Position numbers and translations under genes: made by a program. DNA of 64,000 nt, from NCBI GenBank assembly GCA_048939995.1, contig JBHLOY010000012.1:16281-80280 (forward strand), written 5' to 3'. This stretch comes from Promethearchaeota archaeon. Lineage in GTDB: Archaea > Asgardarchaeota > Lokiarchaeia > Sigyniarchaeales > SOKP01. Below the pieces are notes generated by a model, which did not search any database, was not told the DNA's origin, and saw only the letters and a list, made by a program, of their open reading frames with translations. Positions 30,226-40,054 of the stretch are shown piece after piece (the stretch's first letter is position 1; each line of letters begins with the position of its first letter).

Positions 30226-31338
30226 ATGAGTTCCAAAACTTTTGAGGATTTAATTAAAGAAGTTCATGAAAAGGGTATCTGCCAAGAATGTGGAGGTTGT
30301 GTATCCTTTTGTTCCTCAGCAGAGTATGATGTAATAGGATTAAAGGACCCATACAAGCCTCCTGAATATATTAATAAAGAAAAATGCCTGGAATGTGGAA
30401 TTTGTTACCATATTTGTCCACAAACCCATATCTTAGATGATGATTTAAATGAGATATATAATTTCTCAGACTTTTCAGCAACTCCTATAGGATATTATGA
30501 AGATATCTATTCATGTCAAGCAACAGATCCAGAATTTTTAAAATATGGAACAGATGGAGGAGTTGTTAATTCTATTATTAATTTTCTAATTGAAAAGAAA
30601 ATGGTTGATGGTGCAATAGTATCTAAAACTGATGCTCCATTTTCCAGAGAAGCAACATTTGCTGATAGTAAATACGATCTATTAAAAGCCTCTGGAGCAA
30701 AATTAGATATCACCCCACAATTAAATGAAATACAAAAGTTTTGCACCTACACTCATTCTATTCCCGAATTAAATCATTATAAGTTTAAAAAATTAGCAAT
30801 AGTTGGAACTCCATGTCAAATTTATACTATCAGGTGTATGCAAGATTTAGGAGTTACTCCTTCAGAAAATGTTGAAATTTGTCTTGGATTATTTTGTTAT
30901 GAAAACTTTCTATTTGAAAAATTTCAAATTGAGAAATTTGAAAAAGATTTTAATATAAGATTTAGAGACATTGTTAAGATAAATATTAAGGAAGATGTGA
31001 TTTTTAAATTACGGAGTGAGGCTCCTACAGAAAAAATTGTACATGTTCCTTTTAATCATTTGAATGATTATATGCGTCCAGCTTGTAATGCTTGTGGGGA
31101 TTTTACTAATATCTTTGCGGATATATCATTTGGAGGTTTAGGGTCTCAAGATAAATATACTACTGTAATAACTCGAACTAAAAAAGGAAAAGAAATCTTT
31201 TCTAAAGTTGTTAATGAAGGAGTAATTACTAGCAAAGAATTAGATGCAACTAAAAGAAAGAAAATGCTAGATTCAATTATAGAATATTCGAAATTAAAAG
31301 TATTGCGTAAAGAAAAGTTTATGCAGAAATTAACATAA
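30226..31338 (+). CDS. Second FrhB/FdhB-family protein
   Basis: CQECGGCVSFC, CLECGICYHICP, TDGGVV, VGTPC, LGLFCYE, CNACGD...ADISFGG; ATG 30226 follows the upstream stop. Confidence 0.88.
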   Translation: MSSKTFEDLIKEVHEKGICQECGGCVSFCSSAEYDVIGLKDPYKPPEYINKEKCLECGICYHICPQTHILDDDLNEIYNFSDFSATPIGYYEDIYSCQATDPEFLKYGTDGGVVNSIINFLIEKKMVDGAIVSKTDAPFSREATFADSKYDLLKASGAKLDITPQLNEIQKFCTYTHSIPELNHYKFKKLAIVGTPCQIYTIRCMQDLGVTPSENVEICLGLFCYENFLFEKFQIEKFEKDFNIRFRDIVKINIKEDVIFKLRSEAPTEKIVHVPFNHLNDYMRPACNACGDFTNIFADISFGGLGSQDKYTTVITRTKKGKEIFSKVVNEGVITSKELDATKRKKMLDSIIEYSKLKVLRKEKFMQKLT

Positions 31339-31341
31339 AAT

Positions 31342-32598
31342 GTGAGAAGTATAACAGAATCGAAAAGAGATATTGAAAGGAAAAAATTCTTTGGTGATAC
31401 ATTAGATTATTTAGATAAAGTTTACGAATCTAACCTAAGAAATTTATTAAAAAAATGTTATCAATGTGGACGTTGTAGTAGTGTCTGCCAACTAAGCAAA
31501 GTTCAAAAATTTCCCCCAAGTAGGATTATTCAGTTAATCTTGGAAGGATTTGAAGATAAAGTATTGAATTCTGGGGTTTTATGGGATTGCCTTACATGTA
31601 ACCAATGTTTAAAAGACTGCCCAGAAAAAATTAATTTCGCAGATATCGTTAGAATTGCACGATATAAAATGAGACACGAAGCTAATCAAAAATCTGACGA
31701 TTTAGTTGCTCATAAGGGCATTTATACTACAATAGCTGAAATTATGAGTAGACCATACATTACACCAGAAAGATCATTAGAATGGATACCAAAAGATTGC
31801 GGCGTGTCAGATAAAGGAGATATACTTTATTATATTGGATGTTTACCTTTCTATGAATATGAATTTGAAGGTTCAAATAATATTGCTACAAGTACCATAA
31901 AACTCTTATGCCAAATTGAAAAGAAATCAATAGTAGTTTTGAAAGAAGAAAGTTGTTGTGGGCATGATATTTACTGGGGACAGGGCAAATTGAAGACTTT
32001 TATCAAATTGGCAAAGAAAAATTTAGATAAATTTGAAAAAGCGGGAGTCTCTACAATAATCACCGCATGTGCTGAATGTTATAGAACTCTTAAAATTGAT
32101 TATTCGAATATTTTTGAGAATTTTTCATCTAAGTTTAAAGTAAAGCATATTATTGAATACATTTATGATAAATGGAAACAAAATGAAATAGCATTTAAGG
32201 GACCAGTAGAAGAGGATAAAGATACCACATTTACCTACCATGATCCCTGTAGGTTGAGTAGATTTTTACCTGAGGAGGTGAATTTAACTAAAAAAATTAG
32301 AGAAATTTTTAACGAATTAATGAAGTTAGGATTCAACTTTAAAGAAATGAAACACAATCAAGAAAATTCTCTTTGTTGTGGAGTAAATTCATGGATGAAT
32401 TGTAATGAAAAATCTAAAGCACTCAGATATAAACGTATGCTAGAGGCAAAATCAGTAGCAACTATAATGGTTACTTCGTGCCCGAAATGTGAGCTACACT
32501 TTAAATGTCTTCAAAATGATTTTGAAGATATTGCAAGTATTAAAATCTTGGATTTTTCAGAGTTTATTATAAACAATGTTGAGATAATTGGTACCTAA
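31342..32598 (+). CDS. hdrD: HdrD-like (HdrC+HdrB fusion) Fe-S/CCG-domain protein
   Basis: CYQCGRCSSVC, CLTCNQCLKDCP, two CCG domains (GC...CCG...CAEC; HDPC...CCG...CPKC). Confidence 0.85.
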   Translation: MRSITESKRDIERKKFFGDTLDYLDKVYESNLRNLLKKCYQCGRCSSVCQLSKVQKFPPSRIIQLILEGFEDKVLNSGVLWDCLTCNQCLKDCPEKINFADIVRIARYKMRHEANQKSDDLVAHKGIYTTIAEIMSRPYITPERSLEWIPKDCGVSDKGDILYYIGCLPFYEYEFEGSNNIATSTIKLLCQIEKKSIVVLKEESCCGHDIYWGQGKLKTFIKLAKKNLDKFEKAGVSTIITACAECYRTLKIDYSNIFENFSSKFKVKHIIEYIYDKWKQNEIAFKGPVEEDKDTTFTYHDPCRLSRFLPEEVNLTKKIREIFNELMKLGFNFKEMKHNQENSLCCGVNSWMNCNEKSKALRYKRMLEAKSVATIMVTSCPKCELHFKCLQNDFEDIASIKILDFSEFIINNVEIIGT

Positions 32599-32616
32599 AA
32601 GGTGAGAGATAACAGA

Positions 32617-35600
32617 ATGGAAGGGTCTGTTTTAGTAATAGGCGGTGGTATTGCCGGAATCCAAACTTCATTAGATTTAACAGAATTGGGGTTTAAAGTA
32701 TATCTAGTGGAGAGAAACCCATCAATTGGAGGCCGCATGGCTCAACTTGATAAAACTTTTCCAACAAATGATTGTAGCTTATGTATTTTAGCTCCAAAAA
32801 TGGTCGAAGTCTTTAGAAATTCAAATATAGAACTCATGACATATCATGAAGTATTAAGCATATCTGGGGAAGCGGGAGATTTTACAGTAAATATTTTGAA
32901 AAAACCAAGATACATAGACGAAACTAAATGTAAGGGTTGTGGTGATTGTTCTCAGCGCTGTCCTAAAATAGAAGTACCAAATCTATTTGATATGAAATTA
33001 GGTAAAAGAAAATCCATTTATATCCCCTTTCCACAAGCTGTTCCCCCTATTTATCTAATTGATCCTGAAATCTGTCTTAAATTAACTAAGGGCGTATGTG
33101 GTGTATGTGAGAAAGTATGTAAAGCTGAAGCAATCGATTATGAACAGAAGCCTAAAGAAATTCAAATCAAAGTGGGAGCGATTGTAGTTGCTACTGGTTT
33201 TGATATGCCCGCAGAGCGTTTAACTTCCAGATGGGGTTATCACTATAAAAATGTAGTCAGCGCTTTAGAATATGAAAGAATTCTGTGTGCTTCTGGTCCA
33301 TTTGGTGGACATGTACTACGTCCAAGTGATGAAACTGAGCCCGAAAATATAGCTTTTATACAATGTGCAGGATCACGGGATCTACATGAAAATATTCCTT
33401 ATTGTTCAAGTGTGTGTTGTATGTATACAGCAAAGGAAGCTATTATCACAAAGGAACATTCTGAAAAGTCTAAGTGTTATGTTTTTAGACACGATATTAG
33501 AGCCTATGGTAAAAATTTCTATGAATTCACCCAAAGAGCACAAGATGAATACGGTGTGCAATACTTTCAGACTAAAGTAAGTAAAGTCGAAGAGGACCCC
33601 GATAATAATGATTTAATCATGCATTATGAAGATTTAAAAACAGGAGAATTTAAAAATTTTAGAAGTAACTTGGTAGTATTAGCAACACCATTAGTTCCAT
33701 CACAAGGCACCGTGGAAATGGCAAAAATTTTAGGGGTTGAATTAGATAAGTATGATTTTTTTAAAGAAAGCTCTTATTTCAATAAATCACTATCGTCTAG
33801 GGAAGGTATATATTTAAGCGGTTTCTGCCAAGGACCAATGGATATTCCAGAAACCGTGGCAGATGCGAGTGGAGTAGCATCTCAAATCGCTTCATTGCTT
33901 AATTCTGTAAAGTTTAAAGGCATAAAAGAAAAACTTCGAGAAAAGTCTGAGTTAGAGGTTAAAATTTCTGATGAACCTCGAATTGGAGTGTTAATATGTC
34001 ATTGTGGGATAAATATCGGTAAATATATTGATGTTTCCGAAGTTGTTGAATATGTAAAAACTTTGCCTTATGTAGCTCATTGTGAAGCTAATTTGTATTC
34101 TTGTTCAAGTGATTCTCAAGCAAGAATTAAAGAAATGATTGAAGAATATAATCTAAATAGATTTATTGTTGCTTCTTGTACGCCTCGAACTCATGAAGCT
34201 CTGTTCCAAGAAACTTGTCAAGAGGCAGGTTTGAATAAATATTTGTTCGAAATGGTAAATATTCGTGATCAATGTTCTTGGGTTCATATGAATGAATATG
34301 AATTTGCTACCGAAAAAGCTAAAGACTTAATTAGAATGGCTATTGCAAAAGCACGGTTATTAAAGCCTCTTAAAGAAGCGCGATTAGATATAACTCCAAC
34401 AGCCTTAATAATTGGTGGTGGAGTTTCGGGTATGACTGCAGCTTTAAATATTTCAAATCAGGGATTTAAAGTATTTTTAGTGGAGAAAGAAAACCAATTA
34501 GGCGGAAATTTAAATCGATTAAATATTTTGTACCCCATTCATGAAGATGCTTCAAAATTTTTAAAAGATATAACGGGTCAAGTAAAAAGCAATAAAAATA
34601 TTGAATTATATTTAAACTCTCAAATTAAGAGTATAAAAGGTTATATTGGTAATTATGATGTTTCAATCGTCGACTCAAAACAGAAAATTCATGATTTAAA
34701 AATTGGTACGATTATAGTAGCAACTGGGGCTCAAGAATTAAAACCAACGGGGGTATTTCAATATAATGAAAAAAATGAAAATGTTATTACTCAGCTTGAG
34801 TTGGAAAAAAAACTAAAAAGCAAAGATTTATCATGGTTAGATAAAATTGAAAGAGCAGCAATAATTTTATGCGTAAACGCAAGGCAAAAGGAGGGAATTA
34901 CATATTGTTCTAACGTTTGCTGTGGAGTAAGTATTAAGAATCTAAGTCTGTTAAAAGAATTAAAGCCTGAAATTGAGATTGTTGTTCTTTACAGAGATTT
35001 TCAAATGGCTAAAAAAGAATTTGAGGAGTATTATCGTGAGCGTAGGAAGAATGCTATTTTTCTTAGATACGATTTAGAAAACTTGCCAAAAATTGATAAA
35101 TTAAATGATAAACCAGAAAAGTACAGAATTAGTTTATTTGATACAAATTTACAAGATGATATTAATTTTGATACAGATCTAATTATATTATCAACTCCTA
35201 TGGTTCCTAATAACAATTTGACAGAATTAGCAAAAATGCTAAAAGTACCTCTAGATAAAAATGGATTTTTTTTGGAAGCACATGTAAAGCTTCGACCTTT
35301 AGATTTTGCTACTGATGGAATATTTTTAAGTGGCTGTGCTCAATGGCCGAAAAATGTTCAAGATTCTATCGCTCAAGCAAATGGTGCTGCTGGAAGGGCT
35401 AGTAGATTTTTAAGCGCAAAAACGATAACAACTTCTGGCTTAATAGCAGAAGTGAATACAAATAGATGCATTGGTTGTGGAAAATGCGAATCTGTTTGTC
35501 CATATAATGCGATTGAGATTAAAGAAGCATTAATGGAGTTCGAAGAGATCAGTATAAAAGTAGCAAAATCTTATATAAATTCAGCCTTATGTAAGGGATG

Positions 35601-35700
35601 TGGTACTTGTGCTGCTACTTGTCCTAATGGTGCTATTTCAGTTAAACATTATGACTTTGATCAAATTTATGCAATGATAGAATCATATTTATTAGAATAG
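32617..35700 (+). CDS. hdrA: Large HdrA-family protein with two FAD modules (Cys type)
   Basis: Two GGG.(A/S)G FAD motifs, QLDKTFPTNDC, internal CHCG/CTPRTHE/CSWVH domain, two CS.VCC motifs, inserted and C-terminal ferredoxins; ATG 32617 preferred. Confidence 0.92.
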   Translation: MEGSVLVIGGGIAGIQTSLDLTELGFKVYLVERNPSIGGRMAQLDKTFPTNDCSLCILAPKMVEVFRNSNIELMTYHEVLSISGEAGDFTVNILKKPRYIDETKCKGCGDCSQRCPKIEVPNLFDMKLGKRKSIYIPFPQAVPPIYLIDPEICLKLTKGVCGVCEKVCKAEAIDYEQKPKEIQIKVGAIVVATGFDMPAERLTSRWGYHYKNVVSALEYERILCASGPFGGHVLRPSDETEPENIAFIQCAGSRDLHENIPYCSSVCCMYTAKEAIITKEHSEKSKCYVFRHDIRAYGKNFYEFTQRAQDEYGVQYFQTKVSKVEEDPDNNDLIMHYEDLKTGEFKNFRSNLVVLATPLVPSQGTVEMAKILGVELDKYDFFKESSYFNKSLSSREGIYLSGFCQGPMDIPETVADASGVASQIASLLNSVKFKGIKEKLREKSELEVKISDEPRIGVLICHCGINIGKYIDVSEVVEYVKTLPYVAHCEANLYSCSSDSQARIKEMIEEYNLNRFIVASCTPRTHEALFQETCQEAGLNKYLFEMVNIRDQCSWVHMNEYEFATEKAKDLIRMAIAKARLLKPLKEARLDITPTALIIGGGVSGMTAALNISNQGFKVFLVEKENQLGGNLNRLNILYPIHEDASKFLKDITGQVKSNKNIELYLNSQIKSIKGYIGNYDVSIVDSKQKIHDLKIGTIIVATGAQELKPTGVFQYNEKNENVITQLELEKKLKSKDLSWLDKIERAAIILCVNARQKEGITYCSNVCCGVSIKNLSLLKELKPEIEIVVLYRDFQMAKKEFEEYYRERRKNAIFLRYDLENLPKIDKLNDKPEKYRISLFDTNLQDDINFDTDLIILSTPMVPNNNLTELAKMLKVPLDKNGFFLEAHVKLRPLDFATDGIFLSGCAQWPKNVQDSIAQANGAAGRASRFLSAKTITTSGLIAEVNTNRCIGCGKCESVCPYNAIEIKEALMEFEEISIKVAKSYINSALCKGCGTCAATCPNGAISVKHYDFDQIYAMIESYLLE

Positions 35701-35719
35701 AAACAAAATGTGAACTTAT

Positions 35720-36157
35720 ATGCCAAAAGCAAAAACTAAATCAAAAACCGTGCAATTTAATCCCGAAATTTTAGTGTTTTGTTGTAATTGGTGTAGTTAT
35801 GCAGGGGCAGATTTAGCTGGGGTTTCAAGGTTCCAATACCCTCCTAATATGAGAATAGTTAGAGTTATGTGCTCGGGAAGAGTAGATCCTGCATTTGTTA
35901 TAAAGGCTTTAAAGGAAGGGGCCGATGGTATATTAATAACTGGTTGCCATATTGGTGATTGTCATTATATTTCAGGGAATGAATATGCAAAAGAGCGATT
36001 CGAAAGATTACATAGTATTATTATTAAGCAACTTGGTATTAATGAAAAAAGAGTAAGGTTAGAATGGGTTTCTGCTTCAGAAGGAAAGCGTTTTGCAGAT
36101 TTGATTACAGAATTTACAAATCAAATCAAAGAATTAGGACCACTTAAAATACTTTAA
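35720..36157 (+). CDS. mvhD: MvhD [2Fe-2S] subunit (Cys type)
   Basis: FCCNWCSYAGADLAG, MCSGRVDP, GCHIGDCHY, WVSASEG. Confidence 0.95.
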   Translation: MPKAKTKSKTVQFNPEILVFCCNWCSYAGADLAGVSRFQYPPNMRIVRVMCSGRVDPAFVIKALKEGADGILITGCHIGDCHYISGNEYAKERFERLHSIIIKQLGINEKRVRLEWVSASEGKRFADLITEFTNQIKELGPLKIL

Positions 36158-36418
36158 TTCTAAATTTAAGATTTTCAAACATTTTTGTTTTTTGTAACAT
36201 TATTAAAAATAAAGATATGAATCTGAATTAAATAAAATATTTTTGGACGAGTTGTTATATTAAAAAGTAAACAGAAAAAAGCAATATCGGTAACCTACTG
36301 CACGAATTTTCAAAATTCTGATGGAAATAAGCATTTCATGGAAATCCTAATTGAAAATTTAATTAACGCAAAATTAATTTATATTTAATATATTAAAATT
36401 TAATCAGTGTAATTTGTT

Positions 36419-36976
36419 ATGACAAAGAACTCTAACTTTTCAGAAGAGGATGATTGGTTTCAATTGGCTCTATTTTATAATAAAAAAGAAGACTATAATG
36501 AAGTCATTGAGAATTGTAAAAAAATATTAGCCATTAATCCAAATTATATAAAAGCATGGTTCTTGTTATCTATAGCTTATAAGCAAACTGGAAAAATAGA
36601 AGATTCTGTGAATGCTTTTAAAAGAACCTTTGAAGTAGAATCACTCGAAAAAACAGATTGGTATGAAGTTGCAGTAGAATATTATGAACAGAACGATATA
36701 AATAACCTTGTTGAATCTATTAAGAATTTATTATTTTTTAATAAAGATAAAAAAGAAGAATGGCTCCAGCTTGCATCGAATTTTGAAAATTTTAATCTTT
36801 TCATTAATGCATATCACGCTTATAAGAAAGCATTAGCACTAGATCCTCTTGATATGCAAGTTTTAAATAAAATTGGTCATCTTTATAATGAAATTCAAGA
36901 AATCTCGGAAAAAGATATAAAAAAAAGAGAAAAAATATTATTTAAAAATTATAAGGTTAAGCCTAAAAATTATTAA
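36419..36976 (+). CDS. Tetratricopeptide repeat protein
   Basis: W..LA..Y......A.....K.L...P repeats. Confidence 0.82.
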   Translation: MTKNSNFSEEDDWFQLALFYNKKEDYNEVIENCKKILAINPNYIKAWFLLSIAYKQTGKIEDSVNAFKRTFEVESLEKTDWYEVAVEYYEQNDINNLVESIKNLLFFNKDKKEEWLQLASNFENFNLFINAYHAYKKALALDPLDMQVLNKIGHLYNEIQEISEKDIKKREKILFKNYKVKPKNY

Positions 36977-37298
36977 TAAAAAAAAAACCAAGTAAAGGCG
37001 AACTTAAGCTAGAAATTATCTTAAAAATAGTTCAATAAATTGACATTTTCATTAATTTAATTGAACTTAATTTAGTTTTTCAGTAAATAATAAAAAATTT
37101 TTTTTTGACTTGGTACAAATTTAAAGAAAAGGATCGCGATTTCTGATCATAATTTCGATATCTGATAGATAACTAATCATTTAATTTATCATATTGAAAA
37201 TATTTCATTAAATCATGATCGATTTGGATCAAAAGATTTAAAAGTGTAAATATCTCATTTTGATAGTAAAATTCTATTTTGAAATTGGGGATAAAAAA

Positions 37299-40043
37299 AT
37301 GGAAGGTTCTGTTTTAGTTATTGGTGGAGGTATCGCTGGAATTCAGACATCGTTAGATTTAACGGAATTAGGGTTTAAAGTCTTTTTGGTTGAGAAAGAA
37401 CCATCAATTGGAGGTCATATGGCCCAATTTGACAGACTTTTTCCAAACGATGATTGTAGCCTCTGTATCTTGGCTCCAAAAATGGTGAGTGTATATAGAA
37501 ATCCCAATATTGAGCTTTTTACCCTATCGGAAATAACAGAAGTTGAAGGAGAAGTAGGAAATTTCAAAGTTACGATAAAACAGCGTCCAAGATATATTGA
37601 TGAAAATAAGTGTAAAGGTTGTGGCGATTGTGCTAAGCGTTGTCCAAAGATAGAAGTACCTAATTTATTTGATATGAACTTAGGGAAGAGAAAATCAATA
37701 TATATGCCTTTTCCTCAAGCAACACCTCCTGTATATATTATAGATCATGAAATATGTTTATATTTAAACAGAGAAGTATGTGGAGTGTGTAAAAAAGTAT
37801 GTAAAGGTGATGCAATTGATTTTGAACAAGAAGAGCGAGAAATTACAATAATAGTTGGAGCAATTGTTATAGCTACTGGATTCGATATGATTGGTGAAGA
37901 TTTGCACCCAAAATGGGGTTATCAATATAAAAACGTAATTAATGCTTTAGAATATGAAAGGATATTATCACCCACAGGTCCATTTGGTAATCAAATTCTT
38001 AGACCTAGCGATGAAACAGAACCCGAAGTAATAGCGTTCATTCAATGTGCAGGTTCTGGTTACTTAAGAGAGAATATACCCTATTGTTCACGTGTTTGCT
38101 GTATGTATATTGCTAAAAATGCTATATTAAGTAAAACATATGTTGAAAATGCTCAAATAACCATATTCAGACATAATATTCGAGTATTTGGGAGGAATTT
38201 TTATGAGTATACCAAATCTGCTCAAGATGAATATGGTATTAACTACATAAATTCAGGAGTCAACTTTATTGAAGAGAATCCCGAAACTAATGATCTAATT
38301 ATAAATTATGATAATTTAAAAACAGGAAAAAAAAATCTATCTTTTCACGCTAATCTAGTTGTGCTAGCAGCTCCTTTAGTCCCTTCAAATGGAACGTCTC
38401 ATTTAGCAAAACTATTAGGGATTGAGCTTGACAATTATGGCTTTTTTAAGGAATCTTCTTATTTCAATAAATCTCTTTCTTTAAGAGAGGGAATTTATCT
38501 TTGTGGATTTTGTAAAGAACCGATGAATATCACGGAAACAGTTGCTCACGCTAGTGGAGTAGCTTCACAGGTTGCAACATTATTAAATTCAGTTAGATCT
38601 ACTTTAATAAGAGAAAAAGAAGTAGACATCCGCCCTGAAGAAGAAATCATAGAAATTATCCCAAGAGCATTAATAATTGGGGGAGGTGTTTCAGGCATGA
38701 CTGCAGCATTAAATATAAGTAGTCAAGGATTTGGTGCAATTGTTATTGAAAAAGAAAGTATGCTAGGAGGGAATCTAAATCAACTAAACCAAATTTATCC
38801 AATAAAGCAAGATCCATCATCTCTTATGCAAAAACTAAAAGAAAGCGTGCACACTGCAAGGAATATTGAAGTGCTTTTAAATTCTAAAGTTGAAAAAGTG
38901 AGTGGATCTATAGGTAAGTATGAAATCACAATTAGAAAGGCTAGTTCTGAAGTGATAATGAAGATTGTTGGGGTTATAATTATAGCTACTGGTAGTCAAG
39001 AATTCAAACCTTACGGATTCTTCCAATACGGAGCTTATAAAAATATTCTTACTCAGATGGATTTAGAGAAGAAATTAAAGACTAAAGATTTATCATGGTT
39101 GAAGAATATAAACCACTTTACAACAATTATGTGTGTAAATGCAAGACAGAAAGGAGGATTCCCATATTGTTCGAATATATGTTGTAGTAATACAATTAAA
39201 AATATCAATATTCTGAAGGAATTAAAGCCAAAACTTGAAGCTGTTGTCCTTTTTAGGGAATTACATATGGCCAAAAAGGAATTTGAGGACTATGTAAGTA
39301 AAAGGAAGAAGTTAGCTAACTATTTAAAATACGATTTAGAAAATTTACCTGAAATAATTAATGTTAAAGAACAACCTGAAAGGTTTGAAATTAAGTTAAG
39401 ATATAATCAGAATACAGAAAAAATGATCAGCTTTAAAACTGATTTAGTAATATTATCAACCCCTATGATTCCTCCCAAAGGAATAGAGAATCTAGCTGAT
39501 ATATTAAACGTACCCATAGATAAAAACGGCTTCTTTATAGAAGCTCATAAAAAGTTAAGGCCTTTAGACTTTTCATCTCAAGGAATTTTTGTTTGTGGAT
39601 GTGCTCAATGGCCAAAAACGGTTCAAGATTCAATTTCGGAAGCTAATGGGGCTGCGGGGCGGGCAAGTAGATTTTTAAATATTAGAAAAATATCCACGAC
39701 CAAATTAGAATTACTCTCATTTTTACTTTCAATTGAATGCTATTTTAAGGATATTAAAGTGAATTCAGAAAAATGTAATGGATGCGGAAGGTGTGTAGAA
39801 GTATGCGAATTTAGAGCGATTTCCCTTAATCAGTTAAAGCAAGAATATGAGGATATTAGTATTGCTACAAAGAAAGCCGTAATCAATCCAGCAATTTGCA
39901 AGGGATGTGGAAAATGCTCAGCAACATGCAGATTAAAAGCAATATATCCGCGACATTATGATTTCAAACAAATTTCGGCTATAATTGACCCCTATTTTAT
40001 AGAAAAAGCTAAAACTGAAGAGTTGTCCTTAATTAATATTTGA
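37299..40043 (+). CDS. hdrA: HdrA-family two-FAD-module paralogue lacking the internal CHCG/CTP/CSW domain
   Basis: Colinear with 32617-35700 (same MEGSVLVIGGGIAGIQTSLDLTELGFKV start; ATG 37299) except for the missing central segment. Confidence 0.9.
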   Translation: MEGSVLVIGGGIAGIQTSLDLTELGFKVFLVEKEPSIGGHMAQFDRLFPNDDCSLCILAPKMVSVYRNPNIELFTLSEITEVEGEVGNFKVTIKQRPRYIDENKCKGCGDCAKRCPKIEVPNLFDMNLGKRKSIYMPFPQATPPVYIIDHEICLYLNREVCGVCKKVCKGDAIDFEQEEREITIIVGAIVIATGFDMIGEDLHPKWGYQYKNVINALEYERILSPTGPFGNQILRPSDETEPEVIAFIQCAGSGYLRENIPYCSRVCCMYIAKNAILSKTYVENAQITIFRHNIRVFGRNFYEYTKSAQDEYGINYINSGVNFIEENPETNDLIINYDNLKTGKKNLSFHANLVVLAAPLVPSNGTSHLAKLLGIELDNYGFFKESSYFNKSLSLREGIYLCGFCKEPMNITETVAHASGVASQVATLLNSVRSTLIREKEVDIRPEEEIIEIIPRALIIGGGVSGMTAALNISSQGFGAIVIEKESMLGGNLNQLNQIYPIKQDPSSLMQKLKESVHTARNIEVLLNSKVEKVSGSIGKYEITIRKASSEVIMKIVGVIIIATGSQEFKPYGFFQYGAYKNILTQMDLEKKLKTKDLSWLKNINHFTTIMCVNARQKGGFPYCSNICCSNTIKNINILKELKPKLEAVVLFRELHMAKKEFEDYVSKRKKLANYLKYDLENLPEIINVKEQPERFEIKLRYNQNTEKMISFKTDLVILSTPMIPPKGIENLADILNVPIDKNGFFIEAHKKLRPLDFSSQGIFVCGCAQWPKTVQDSISEANGAAGRASRFLNIRKISTTKLELLSFLLSIECYFKDIKVNSEKCNGCGRCVEVCEFRAISLNQLKQEYEDISIATKKAVINPAICKGCGKCSATCRLKAIYPRHYDFKQISAIIDPYFIEKAKTEELSLINI

Positions 40044-40054
40044 CTCTTAATTCT

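Noticed and set aside
26224-40043. Evidence for methanogenesis
   Set aside because: No mcr or mtr genes in the window; Hdr/Mvh/FrhB families are widespread in non-methanogens
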